The translations under genes and the position numbers were made by a program. The notes beneath the pieces were generated by a model that was given only the letters and a program-made list of their open reading frames with translations, was not told the origin of the DNA and did not search any database. From NCBI GenBank assembly GCA_963745075.1, contig CAVUWV010000023.1, positions 32,001-96,000 on the forward strand: a stretch of 64,000 bases of DNA, read 5' to 3'. The number at the start of each line of letters is the position of its first letter. The stretch's first letter is position 1. This document shows, piece by piece, positions 1-9,835 of this stretch. Origin of the DNA: Candidatus Hydrogenedentota bacterium. GTDB taxonomy: Bacteria > Hydrogenedentota > Hydrogenedentia > Hydrogenedentales > SLHB01.

Positions 1-161
1 GCAATGAGCCACCAGGCGAAGCGTTGGCCGCCGAAGAAGAAATCCTTCGTGCTGCGCGTGTACTTCCCGAACCAAAGCCCAAACCCGACGACACTCAAGA
101 AGTACGCGACGATCACGAGATAATCGAGGGGTTCGCCCTTGAGGTGCTGGGTCTCAATCAT
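1..161 (-). CDS. Sodium:solute symporter family transporter, N-terminal part (runs off the window)
   Basis: Manual translation from ATG at 161: MIETQHLKGEPLDYLVIVAYFLSVVGFGLWFGKYTRSTKDFFFGGQRFAWWLIA, the typical SSS start (D..VI..Y...DFF.GGR...WW). ATGA overlap with the upstream gene. Confidence 0.8.
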   Translation of the reverse strand, partial: MIETQHLKGEPLDYLVIVAYFLSVVGFGLWFGKYTRSTKDFFFGGQRFAWWLI

Positions 162-385
162 GGCGCGACCGCGTTACCGGGCAGGAACGGCAACCAGAAG
201 GTGAAGGCGCAGTAGAAGACGAGCAGTCCGGCGAACCCGGCGGCGATCATGGCAATCATGCGTCGATCGCGGGAATCCGTGAGATCGAGGTAGCCGCTGC
301 TCACGCCGCACCAGATACCGATGGCGCAGAGCACGGCGCCCATGCCAAATTCAACGACGATTGGTAATACGCGTTCGATTCCCAT
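158..385 (-). CDS. Small two-TM membrane protein, translationally coupled to the SSS transporter
   Basis: MGIERVLPIVVEFGMGAVLCAIGIW... has two hydrophobic segments; its stop overlaps the SSS start codon. Confidence 0.65.
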   Translation of the reverse strand: MGIERVLPIVVEFGMGAVLCAIGIWCGVSSGYLDLTDSRDRRMIAMIAAGFAGLLVFYCAFTFWLPFLPGNAVAP

Positions 386-467
386 GGTCCGCCCGCCCCT
401 CTTGCCCACACGGTGGAACGGGTTGGATGATAACGGCTGCAAACGGGATGGCGCAAGCCCTCCCCTT

Positions 468-523
468 TTCGTAATCGTAATCGGTCTTCCGTTGGGATTT
501 GGTGCTTCGATTACGATTACGAA
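468..523. repeat. Inverted pair of hexamer tandem repeats (16-bp perfect IR)
   Basis: TTCGTAATCGTAATCG (468-483) and CGATTACGATTACGAA (508-523). Confidence 0.85.
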
Positions 524-632
524 CGGGAGGGAGAACGGTAACCCGCAAACCTTCGGTCACGGGCGCTGTTGTCACGGAGCGGGCGTTGTGTACAATGGCA
601 CGTTTGAAGGCTCGCAAGGGAGTATTAGCTTC

Positions 633-3331
633 ATGCTTACCGTTTTTGCCGCTATGTTGATTGCATCGCAGTCCGCGCTGGGGGCCGTGGTCGAAGAAGA
701 CACGGAGGTCCAGGGGACGTATACCACATTTCGCGTGGCGCCGGAGGCCGGTGCAGGCGTGGAATGGTTCGGCTCGTCCGTTTCCAAAGTGAACAACGCG
801 GGCGGCGAAGGGCTGCTCCTGGAAGGGTTCGGCGTCGGCAATTTCTACGTGCCCAACCGGCGGTTGAACGAGAAGCTGGAAGTCGTCGATTCCATCACGG
901 ACCGGCCCGTGCTGCGGTACAGCTACGACTGCGACGGTCCGAACATCCGCGGGCTTCGCGTGACGCGCACGATGGAACCAATGCCAAACGAAGCCTCGAT
1001 TCGGGTGACGTGGAAAGTCGAGAACAAGGGCGACGAAGATCAATGGGTCGCGCCGTGGGTACGTAACGAGATCCGTCCCGGCGGGACCTTCGAGGTGCGG
1101 GATCGCATGGAACTCGCCACTTGGGAAGGCATCATCAATGCCCAGCGGAGCGGATACCACGTGGCATCACGCAATTGGGTGGCCGCAACCGACCCAGCGG
1201 TGAAGGAAACGCTGTACGCCGTGTTCGATGCGGACCAGACCCATTCCTTTCTCGCGGAACGCAACGAGGACGCGCCGTTTTGTGCCTTTCAGACCGCCTT
1301 CGTCCCGCGGTTGATGAAGGCCGGTGATGCGTTCGAGACGGTATACCGCGTCAACGTGGTGCGCGGACTCACCCACGTCAACTTCGCGACGGACGAATTG
1401 GCGGCGCAGGTCGATTATGAAAACGATACCTTGAGTCTGCTGCTCGCAGCGGTGAAACCCATGCCGGGACTTCCAGATCGAAGTGAGTCTGCTTGCGGCC
1501 AACGGCAAAGTCTGGCATCTGCCAAAAAAGAAGTTCGACATCGATCCCAATACCGATCATTCGGTGCAGCTACGACTGGAAAGCGCCCGGCGACGGGACC
1601 TACCAATTGCTGGCCCGGCTCACGCGGGACGGAGATGCCGTCGCCCTCGGCAAAGACACCCATTCCCCCCACGGCGGTATCGACACGCAGTTCACCGTCG
1701 GCGATGGGAAGCCCGACGATTTCGAGCCGTGGACCGATGCGCCCTTCGCGCTCGAACGCGGATCGCGCACGCTGAAACGGCAGTTGGCGATTCCCGGCGA
1801 CACGGCGATCTGGTTCGAGAGTTCGCTCGAGAAGATTTTCCCGGAAGACGTGCCTCAGCGGGTGGGCGAATACCGGGCCATTGCAAACCTATCGCTGGCC
1901 GCGAACGAGAGCGAGTCGTTCCAGGTGGTACTGCGGCCGCCGAAGGGCGGTGACTGGCGCAACGTAAACGTGCGCGCCATGGATCTGGTGAACGCGGAGG
2001 GCGGTTCGCGCATCCGCGCGTCAGACATCGCGCTTCACACGGTGGCCTATTATCCGGTTCGGATTCCGACGCACTTCGAAGGCCCCACGGGCACGTGGCC
2101 GGACGCGCTGCCCGATTTGGAACCCTTTACCGCACCGGGTGGGAAATCCAGTCCGATCTGGATCACGGTTCAGGCGCCCGCGGGCACGGCGCCGGGGAAC
2201 TATGAGGGGTTTCTGGAGCTGACCGCGAGCGGCCGCGATCCGATTGAGTTGGGATTGCGCGTCACGGTGTACGATTTCGAGTTGCCGCAGACACCGAAAC
2301 TCAAAACCGATTTTGGATTCTGGAAGGAAGAGGCGGAGACGCTGTGCAAGCGCATGGGCTACGCGGGCGGCACGGAACAACTCTTCGACGCGTATCTCGA
2401 AAGCGGGCTCGATCATCGCGTGACCTTGCGCGGGCTGTGCCAGTTTCCGGCGGAGAGCGCGGACTACGAGGCGAGCCTGGCCGCGTACGAGCCGAAATTA
2501 CGCGACCTCCTGAACCGAGGCGCCAGCACCATCGCCGTACCCGCGTCGTTGCTGGACGTTCCCGAGCAGCTTACCCTGGCGAACGCATTCGTCGAGAAGC
2601 AGAATGTCGGGGATCGGGTGTTCTGTCAAATCGCCAACGAGCCCGAGCGACCGGCGTGGCCGCGCCTGTTCGAAACCATGCAGCAGTGGCGGGAACTCGC
2701 GCCCAACATCCCGCTCATGTTGACGACCTACGGCACGCAACCCTTCTTCCACGAAGCGGCGGACATCTGGGCCGTTCATTCGCCCGTGATGGACACGGTG
2801 AACAACCGCACCATCCTCGATCGAATCGCCGCGGGCGGTGCGGTGTGGTGGTACGTGAACAACACGCCGCCGCGACCCTATGCGAATTTCTTTGTCGATT
2901 TCGCCGGCATCGAGCATCGTATCTTCTTCTGGCAAACCTGGGCGTTGGGCATTCAGGGCGTGTACTACTGGAACGCGAACTACAGCGAACCCGGCGTGAA
3001 TCCCTGGGTCGATCAGCTCGACATTACGCCGACCAACGGCGACGGATTCCTGATCTATCCCGGCCCGAACGGTCCGGTCAGTTCCATCCGCTGGGAAATC
3101 ATCCGCGACGGGATCGACGATTACGACTATCTCGTCCTCTTTCGCGACCGCATGAAGAAATTGGAGGAGCAAGGCGGGCATGAAAACCTGCTTAAACAGG
3201 CGGCGGAAGTCTACAACCTGAAAGAACTCGTGCCGGATTTGGTTACGTTCTCGCGGGACCCGAACGTCCTGCTCAGCAAACGCGACGCGTTGGCCCGGAT
3301 GATCGTGGCGATGGATAAGGTGTTGAAGTAG
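633..3331 (+). CDS. Secreted DUF4091 / GH123-like glycoside hydrolase domain protein, two apparent frameshifts (~1473, ~1554)
   Basis: Signal peptide at 633. The reading continues through ORFs 321..1775, 1483.. (VSLLAANGKVWHLPKKKFDIDPN) and 1493..3331. Motifs A.NE.ESFQVV, WPDAL, WWYV, NGDGFLIYPG, SIRWEIIRDGIDDYDY. Confidence 0.8.
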
Positions 3332-3390
3332 ACACAACGCACTCCAAAGGGACCCCGTACTGAGGCTTGCTCCCAATAGCGAAAGCGATT

Positions 3391-4551
3391 TTATGCCGGC
3401 GTAATTCGCCCGAGCACCACGGGTTGTTGTGCGCCGGTGGCGTGGGGGACGTTCGAGGCGTTGCCGCAGAAGAGTTCGTTGCCGAGGATGGCGGCCCCGA
3501 TTGGATCAAGCGACATATGGGGAAGGCCGTAGTCGTCGCTGATGCGGACGGTGATGTCGCCGAGGCCGCTTTTGACGCGCTGGACCAGGGCCTTGTTGTT
3601 CACGCCGCCGCCGCTGAGGATGACGCGGGAGACTTTGTACTGCGGCTTCACGAAGCGGTTGTAGGCCCTTACGATGCAATAGCTTACGGCGGAGGTCACG
3701 GTCGCCATCAAGTCGCCGAGCGAATGTTCCGTCCGCCCGACGAGGGCGTCGCGCAAGTAGACCTCGGGACCGAATTCGTCGCGGCCGGTCGTCTTGGGCG
3801 GCACTTTCGCGAAGTACGGGTGGTCGAGGAGGAATTCGAGAAACTCGTCGATCACAACGCCTTTCGCGGCGGCTTCGCCGTCCTCATCGATTTCCTGGTT
3901 TCCGCTGGTGATATGCCGTACGGCGCCGTCAATCACAACGGTGCCCGGTCCTGCGTCGAAAGCGATCGATTCATCGAAGTTCGGCGTGATGACGGAAATA
4001 GTACTGATGCCGCCGAGATGGATGCGGGCGACGGACCGGTCTTCGCGGGAAAAGAGCACGTAGTCCGAGTACGTGAAGATAGGGCCGCCCTGTCCGCCGG
4101 CGGCCATGTCGCGCGCACGGAAGTCGGATGCGACCGGGAGTTCGGTTCGCTCCGCGATGATGGCCGGTTCGCCGACCTGCAACGTCCCGATGGCCTGATC
4201 GTAGCCGCGGGGCGCGAAATGGGCGACGGTAAAGCCGGTCGAGGCGACGAAGTCGACTTCGCACATCTCGGATTGGGCCAGGCGGATCATCTCTTGTGTG
4301 GCGTCGGCGAGAAACTCGCCCAACTCGAAGTTCAGGAGACAGACTTCCCGCACGTGTTTCTTGCCCACGATGAGCCGCGTGCGGAGTCCGGATGGGTACG
4401 GAAAATGACGGGACTTAATGAGCTTGATGTGCAGCCCGTGGCCGCTGCCTTTGATGCGCACGAGCGCCGCGTCTACCCCACGCGCGGCAGTCCCGCAGGT
4501 CAGCCCGATGGCGAACCGCGTCGCTTTACGTGAAATCGCCTGGAAAAGCAT
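3391..4551 (-). CDS. anmK: Anhydro-N-acetylmuramic acid kinase homologue with divergent motifs
   Basis: TLQVGEP, DFRARDMAAGGQG, FDAGPG, PPKTTGR, SGGG, N.P.ATGA. Several canonical residues are altered (see findings). Confidence 0.85.
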   Translation of the reverse strand: MLFQAISRKATRFAIGLTCGTAARGVDAALVRIKGSGHGLHIKLIKSRHFPYPSGLRTRLIVGKKHVREVCLLNFELGEFLADATQEMIRLAQSEMCEVDFVASTGFTVAHFAPRGYDQAIGTLQVGEPAIIAERTELPVASDFRARDMAAGGQGGPIFTYSDYVLFSREDRSVARIHLGGISTISVITPNFDESIAFDAGPGTVVIDGAVRHITSGNQEIDEDGEAAAKGVVIDEFLEFLLDHPYFAKVPPKTTGRDEFGPEVYLRDALVGRTEHSLGDLMATVTSAVSYCIVRAYNRFVKPQYKVSRVILSGGGVNNKALVQRVKSGLGDITVRISDDYGLPHMSLDPIGAAILGNELFCGNASNVPHATGAQQPVVLGRITPA

Positions 4552-4584
4552 TGTCTCCTTCCGCCCGCGCCGGGTGCCGTGCGT

Positions 4585-6276
4585 TTAGTTCAGGGAATCG
4601 AGCAAGGCGCTGCGGAAGTAGTGCAGCACAATGTCCCGGTACCCCGCGCCGGCCAGAGCCATACCCCGAGCGCCATACTGACACAATCCTACCCCATGGC
4701 CGCGTCCGCCGCCAACAAAGGTAAATGCGACCGGCCCCTGTGCCCCCGATTCGGTCCTTATTTGTATCATGGCGCTGGGCAGCCCGCCAAATGCCTGGCG
4801 TATAGGCAGTTCCTTCCGGATGGTCACGGTACCCCGAGTTCCGGTGACTTTGACCCATTTCAGCCGGCCGCTGACGCCCCGGTCGCCGGACTCGATGGCG
4901 CGAACGGTGCCCACGGCATAACGTTGATTGACCGATCGGGTCACCTCCGCCACGGTCAGGCGGCGGGACCACCGAAACCCCTGGGGATCGCTGCTGCAGA
5001 AGGCATTGGGCTGTGATTGCAACCACTTAGCGAGATTTGAGGACGGCGTCGCGGTGGGGATGGTGCCCCGGGGGAAGTCGGCCACCCCACGCAAGCTCAT
5101 ATTCGGCGGGGACGACCACACGGCATCGTTGTCCTCCGTCCAGCCACCGCAATTCGAGCTGAACACGGCCGGGATGATTCGGACGCCATCGGTGAGCACC
5201 TGTCCCCGCGTCGCGGCAACAGCGGCGTCGGTGGAGGGCTGGCGTCCGCTGTATCCGGCGTAAACCCGATCGCCTTCGCTGTTCGTGAAATTGAACCCGG
5301 CGAGGATATGCTTCAAGGCCAAATGGGTGAGAACGTCGCTACGCGCGGCAACGGCCTGCGCTTTCAACGCTTCCAGCGGCCAACGGGCGGGCATCTCCGC
5401 GGGCAGCACCCCGGCGAGGTAATCCTCGACAGAGAGGGTCTCGTACACGCCGAGCGTCGCGTCGGGCTCGACGGAAAGGTCCAACACGCCCGCGTACGAT
5501 GCGCCGGTGCGGTCGCCGGGTTGGGTGATCCGGATCGGCGCAGACGAGGTGATGCGGACCGGTAGCGGCCATGTCATAATATGTCCTTCGGCGGATTTGG
5601 CAACGACGGACCCCGTGCCATCGAGGATGGTTTCGGGCCGAATCCACGTCCACACGCCCTCGCGTTCCAACGCAGCCTTCAAGGAGATGGCCTGCCCCTC
5701 TTGCTCGAACCGTTGGAGCGAGATCCACTGTTCACGTCCGTCCAGAATATGGCCGTCCGCCGTTCGATACCGGGTTCCCATTGCGACGGGTTTTGCAGGA
5801 TAGCCCTGCGCTTTCCAGGTATCCAGGAAGGCTGACATTTCGGCCGTTTCCTGGGGCCGGAAGGTCTTGATGAAAACATGAAAATGCTGACGGGGCGGGG
5901 TTGCCTGGGCGAGCGTGACGGTCCATGCGTTGCTCGGCAAGTTGATGGCGCCACCCGCGTGCTCGACGTGGAGCGTCGCCGTGCCGCGAATCCCGACCTC
6001 GCGAATCCCGTGAAAGAGGCGAATCCGGACCGGCGGATTGGCGGATGTCGTAAGTTCTTCGGGTTTCGGTTGCGCGACGGGTTCGGGCGCGGGTTTCGGA
6101 ACGACGGGCGGCACCGCCACGCTTGGCGGCGGGGGAGGCGGTTGCGGTGACCGGCAACCGGTCCACGCGATGCAGACTAGAAAGATGAAGAAGATGGCAC
6201 ATGGACGGACAAACGAATGCCGTTTGGGTCGTACAGCGTTACTGACGATGTACCGTCGAGAGTACGAGTGAAACAC
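4585..6276 (-). CDS. SpoIID/LytB domain lipoprotein (lytic transglycosylase-like)
   Basis: EDYLAGVLPAEMP, EALKAQAVAARS, FSSNCGG, GRGHGVGLCQYGA, IVLHYF. Lipobox-like WTGC followed by a Pro-rich linker. Start (GTG 6276) is uncertain. Confidence 0.88.
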   Translation of the reverse strand: MFHSYSRRYIVSNAVRPKRHSFVRPCAIFFIFLVCIAWTGCRSPQPPPPPPSVAVPPVVPKPAPEPVAQPKPEELTTSANPPVRIRLFHGIREVGIRGTATLHVEHAGGAINLPSNAWTVTLAQATPPRQHFHVFIKTFRPQETAEMSAFLDTWKAQGYPAKPVAMGTRYRTADGHILDGREQWISLQRFEQEGQAISLKAALEREGVWTWIRPETILDGTGSVVAKSAEGHIMTWPLPVRITSSAPIRITQPGDRTGASYAGVLDLSVEPDATLGVYETLSVEDYLAGVLPAEMPARWPLEALKAQAVAARSDVLTHLALKHILAGFNFTNSEGDRVYAGYSGRQPSTDAAVAATRGQVLTDGVRIIPAVFSSNCGGWTEDNDAVWSSPPNMSLRGVADFPRGTIPTATPSSNLAKWLQSQPNAFCSSDPQGFRWSRRLTVAEVTRSVNQRYAVGTVRAIESGDRGVSGRLKWVKVTGTRGTVTIRKELPIRQAFGGLPSAMIQIRTESGAQGPVAFTFVGGGRGHGVGLCQYGARGMALAGAGYRDIVLHYFRSALLDSLN

Positions 6277-6314
6277 CTGTACCTGGACTCCACACATTTC
6301 CGGTCTGGCGGGTC

Positions 6315-6525
6315 GCCCCGAAGGGGCCGCAACATGACAGCCCAGCGCAACGCCCTGGGTAAAGGACGGACAAGAAGATAGAGCCCTGAAGGGGCGTAAC
6401 AAAGATGCGAAGGACGCGGCGGACATTGCAATTGTGTTGTAGCGCCCTTTCAGGGCTTCGCCTAATATGCGATACCAGCTACCCAGGGCGCTGCGCTGGG
6501 CTGTCGTGTTGCGGCCCTTCGGGCC
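6315..6525. repeat. Composite REP/REPIN-type palindrome (~210 bp)
   Basis: GCCCCGAAGGGGCCGCAACATGACAGCCCAGCGCAACGCCCTGGGTA...GCCCTGAAGGGGCG mirrored by CGCCCTTTCAGGGC...TACCCAGGGCGCTGCGCTGGGCTGTCGTGTTGCGGCCCTTCGGGC. Confidence 0.85.
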
Positions 6526-6595
6526 AGAATGTGGAAGGTCCGGGCGCGGGCGAGTACTCCGCTCGGCGAAAGGTGATTGCAAGCCGGTTGACTCC

Positions 6596-7462
6596 CTAAT
6601 CCGAATCCAGCGCGGCACGCAGGTTTCCTTTCGCGTTTATCAGTCGTGCTTCGGCCGTCTCGCGCGGAAGATTCAAGCGCGCCATGAGAACCGCCACCGG
6701 AATGCTATCGCCTGCCGTCTCCAAAAGTTTCGTCGCCGAGGTCTCGGTTTCACTCGTCAATGCGGCGACGATGCGGACGGCCCGTTCGCGGAGCTTGGCA
6801 TTCATGGGACGCACGCCGACCATGTACCCCTCGAACACGCGGCCGGACAAGGCCATTGCGCCGGTCGAGATCATGTTCAAGACCAGCTTGGTCGCGGTGC
6901 CGGCTTTCAGGCGCGTGGAGCCCGGCAACACTTCGGGTCCGGTGTCGAGGGCGATGACGCAATCGGCGGTGGCGGAGACTGTCGGGTTGCAGCACAGGAG
7001 GGCCGTATGCGCGCCGGACGCTTTGGCGTGATGCAATGCCGCGAGGACGTAGGGCGTGGTGCCCGATGCGGCGATGCCCACGACCACGTCGCGATCGTTG
7101 AGTTCAGGGGCGAGTGCATTGAGGTTCGCGACGGCGGCGGATTCGTCGTCTTCAGCGCCTTCGCCGCTCATGCGGAGTGCCACTTCGCCGCCCGCGATCA
7201 TTCCGACGACTTGTCCAGGGTCCACGCCGAAGGTCGGGGGGCATTCGGAGGCGTCGAGCACACCCAAGCGCCCGCTGGTCCCCGCGCCGATATAGATGAG
7301 ACGGCCGCCGGCGTTGAATGCGTCCGCGACCCGTTGCACGAGTTTCGCGATGGTGGGAAGCGTGTCCGTGACAGCTTCGACGGCTTCGTGGTCTGCCCCG
7401 GACATGCGGGCGGCGATGCCTTCCGCGGTCAACGTGTCGAGAGGCGGTTCGTGCGTCGCCAT
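6596..7462 (-). CDS. murQ: N-acetylmuramic acid 6-phosphate etherase (probably the C-terminal half of a fusion with the upstream kinase)
   Basis: GAGTSGRLGVLDASECPPTFG, EGAED, GIAASGTTPYV, GPEVLPGSTRLKAGTATKLVLNMIST, N.KL.ERA. Confidence 0.95.
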   Translation of the reverse strand: MATHEPPLDTLTAEGIAARMSGADHEAVEAVTDTLPTIAKLVQRVADAFNAGGRLIYIGAGTSGRLGVLDASECPPTFGVDPGQVVGMIAGGEVALRMSGEGAEDDESAAVANLNALAPELNDRDVVVGIAASGTTPYVLAALHHAKASGAHTALLCCNPTVSATADCVIALDTGPEVLPGSTRLKAGTATKLVLNMISTGAMALSGRVFEGYMVGVRPMNAKLRERAVRIVAALTSETETSATKLLETAGDSIPVAVLMARLNLPRETAEARLINAKGNLRAALDSD

Positions 7463-8457
7463 CGATTCCGTTCGGGGAGATCGGGCGAAGTGCCGACCGC
7501 GCCAACGCGAATGTCGGAAACGAACTGCGAAGCCGTTGGTTTCGCCAGGAGGCGCATACTGGCGCGGGTGCCTTCGAATGGCGTTCGTTTCACTTCCGAC
7601 GGTAACACCACTTCGTTCTGACCGTCCTTCATAGCCGATTCAAAGTGGGCAATCCATTCCGGAAGGGCGGTAAACACGCCCCCGTGAACGAAGACCGGCG
7701 CAGATTCCGATAGTCCTGTTTCATGAGCCGCACTTGCGGCGAGCACGAGCAGATCGGTGAAAGATTCGGAGACGCACTCATATGCGGCGTCGTCGAGATC
7801 GCGATAGAGCGCGATAACAGCGGGTGCGAGTGCAGCTACTTCGTTCTTCGTGGCGCTCCTCGACCAACCGATCAGTTCAGAGAACGTCTGCAATCCGGCG
7901 GCCTCCGGCAACGATTCGATCAGTTTGGTTGGGCCGCGCAAGCCGTCGAGCGACGCGGCGGCCGCGCGTAATGCCCGGACGGCGATGTCATACGCGCTGC
8001 CCGCGTCGCCGAAGAGCGTGCCGCGTCCGCCGAAGATTCGCGGTTTTCCTCCGGCCGTCTTCGCAATAACACTGGACCCGGTGCCGGCGATGACCACCAT
8101 CCCTTCGGCGTCGCCGACGTTTGCGTGGAGCAGGGTATCCACATCGCTGGCAACAACGGCACGCCGCACTTTGAGTGTTTGGACCAAGCCCATCGCAATG
8201 GCATTTCGAAGCGTCTCGTTGCGCGCGCCGGAGATGCCGGCTGCCACGTCGCATGAGGATGCGTCACATTCTGCGAGAAGTTGCGCCCCAAGCCGGGACA
8301 AGGTGCGCAAGGTTCGCGGTACGCCGATTTCTACGGGATTGGAAGGGCCCCCGGTCGCGTCGGCCAATTGATTCCCGTCGGCTTCGTACAAGGCGGCGCG
8401 GGTCGTCGTGCCGCCGCCGTCGAAGGCGAGATATACCGCGGCGTCCCGTCCGGTCAT
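7429..8457 (-). CDS. BadF/BadG/BcrA/BcrD-family sugar kinase (GlcNAc/MurNAc kinase-like)
   Basis: ATG at 8457 (ATGA overlap with the GH1 stop). DGGGTTT, GPSNP, GISG, IAGTGS, GG.G..FGD.GS, HGGVF. Confidence 0.88.
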   Translation of the reverse strand: MTGRDAAVYLAFDGGGTTTRAALYEADGNQLADATGGPSNPVEIGVPRTLRTLSRLGAQLLAECDASSCDVAAGISGARNETLRNAIAMGLVQTLKVRRAVVASDVDTLLHANVGDAEGMVVIAGTGSSVIAKTAGGKPRIFGGRGTLFGDAGSAYDIAVRALRAAAASLDGLRGPTKLIESLPEAAGLQTFSELIGWSRSATKNEVAALAPAVIALYRDLDDAAYECVSESFTDLLVLAASAAHETGLSESAPVFVHGGVFTALPEWIAHFESAMKDGQNEVVLPSEVKRTPFEGTRASMRLLAKPTASQFVSDIRVGAVGTSPDLPERNRWRRTNRLSTR

Positions 8458-9754
8458 GGCACCCTCGTGGCGGCGCCGGGCGCGAACTTGTCCATGGTAC
8501 CCGGCCGAAGTGTTCCCGTCTCGCAGAATGTCCTTGAAGAAATAGGCGCTGGGGTTGGGGGTTCGAGCCAGGGTTTCGCGATCCACATGGACCAGGCCGT
8601 AGCGGGCCGAGTATCCGTCGATCCACTCGAAGCCGTCCAGAAAGGACCGATGCAGGTAGCCGCGCACGTCAATCCCGTTGGCTATTGCCTCGTGCAGAAC
8701 GTCGAGATGGCGGGCGATGAACGAGCAGCGTTCGCTGTCATCGGCCGTATTGACGCCGTTACCGGCTACGAGCAGCGGCTTTTCGTATTGGGCAAGATCC
8801 TTCAAAACGTCCCACAAACCTTCCGGAGCGACGTTGTAGATGCCCGGTCGAATCGCATTGCCCGCGGAATCCGTAGCAGAGCGGAAGAATTGCAGTGGTT
8901 TACCCGCATGGAACCGCACGGTTTCTTTGCCGAAATACGATACGGCGATAAAGTCGGCCGCACCGCCGAGGCGACGCGCCCCACCCAGGGGGAATTGCGC
9001 TTCACCCCGGCACAAAGCGTCCGGGAACACGTTGTTTGCGCGATGCATTTCCCGGCGCGCGGCGCGGAGGTCCCATGCGTTTTCGACGCTCAGCGGAACG
9101 CAGTTCCGCGCGCGGACCGAAACACCGACTTCGGCGTCGGGCTGGATCCGATGGATGATCTCATAGCTCTCCGCGTGGGCGTGCAGGAGATGATTGAGCG
9201 CGGCGTAGCAGGACCAGAAGGCAGTTTTTCCGGGAGGCCACAACCCTTCCAACCAGGCCATGGTGACCAGATGCTCGGGCTCGAACAGGGGAATCCATCG
9301 CGTGCACCGGTCGGCCATGGCTTCCACCACGCGTTCAACGAAACGGGCGAATACCTCCGGCGAATCTCGCCGCGACCAGCCGCCCTGCGACGCAAACCAG
9401 GCCGGCAGGGTCACGTGATTCAGCGCGCAGATCGGTTCGATGGCGCGCCGCGCAATGGCGTCCGCAACTTCGGCGTAGTGGACCAGGGCGTCGCTGTCGA
9501 ACCGATCCGGTTCGGGCTGCACGCGGCTCCATTCGATGGAGAAAAGGTGCGCGTTGTGTCCCAGCTTGCGCGCGAGTTCGAAGTCGCCTTCATAGTGCTC
9601 GAAATGTTCCGATGCCCGGCTCGACGTGCCGGCGGTCGGCGATGCGGCCCGGACGCTGTTCCCAGCGCCACCAATCCGACGCGAAATTGCCGCCTTCGAC
9701 CTGGTACGCAGACGTAGTGGCGCCCCAAAGGAACTCTTTCGGAAAGGTAATCAA
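8454..9754 (-). CDS. Glycoside hydrolase family 1 homologue lacking the catalytic nucleophile, two apparent frameshifts (~9633, ~8527)
   Basis: TTG start after GAGGAG. FPKEFLWGATTSAYQVEG, FSIEWSRVQPE, DGFEWIDGYSARYGLVHVD. The TENG motif reads AGNG. Confidence 0.85.
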
Positions 9755-9835
9755 GCGGCACTCCTCACGGCGCGAACGTGGCGTGACAACGGCGTTGTTC
9801 AATGGTAGCATGGCCGTGCCGGTTGGAGGAAACAC

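Noticed and set aside
3367..4533. Long opposite-strand ORFs (this one, and 8281..9717, 22642..24183, 30331..32019, 51907..53244, 60622..61908)
   Set aside because: Antisense shadows of well-supported genes, expected in high-GC DNA, with no recognisable motifs.
7429..9522. 697-aa ORF that appears to fuse GH1 to a sugar kinase
   Set aside because: It results from an extra base near 8527. The natural GH1 end is in another frame, stopping at 8454 with an ATGA overlap on the kinase start.
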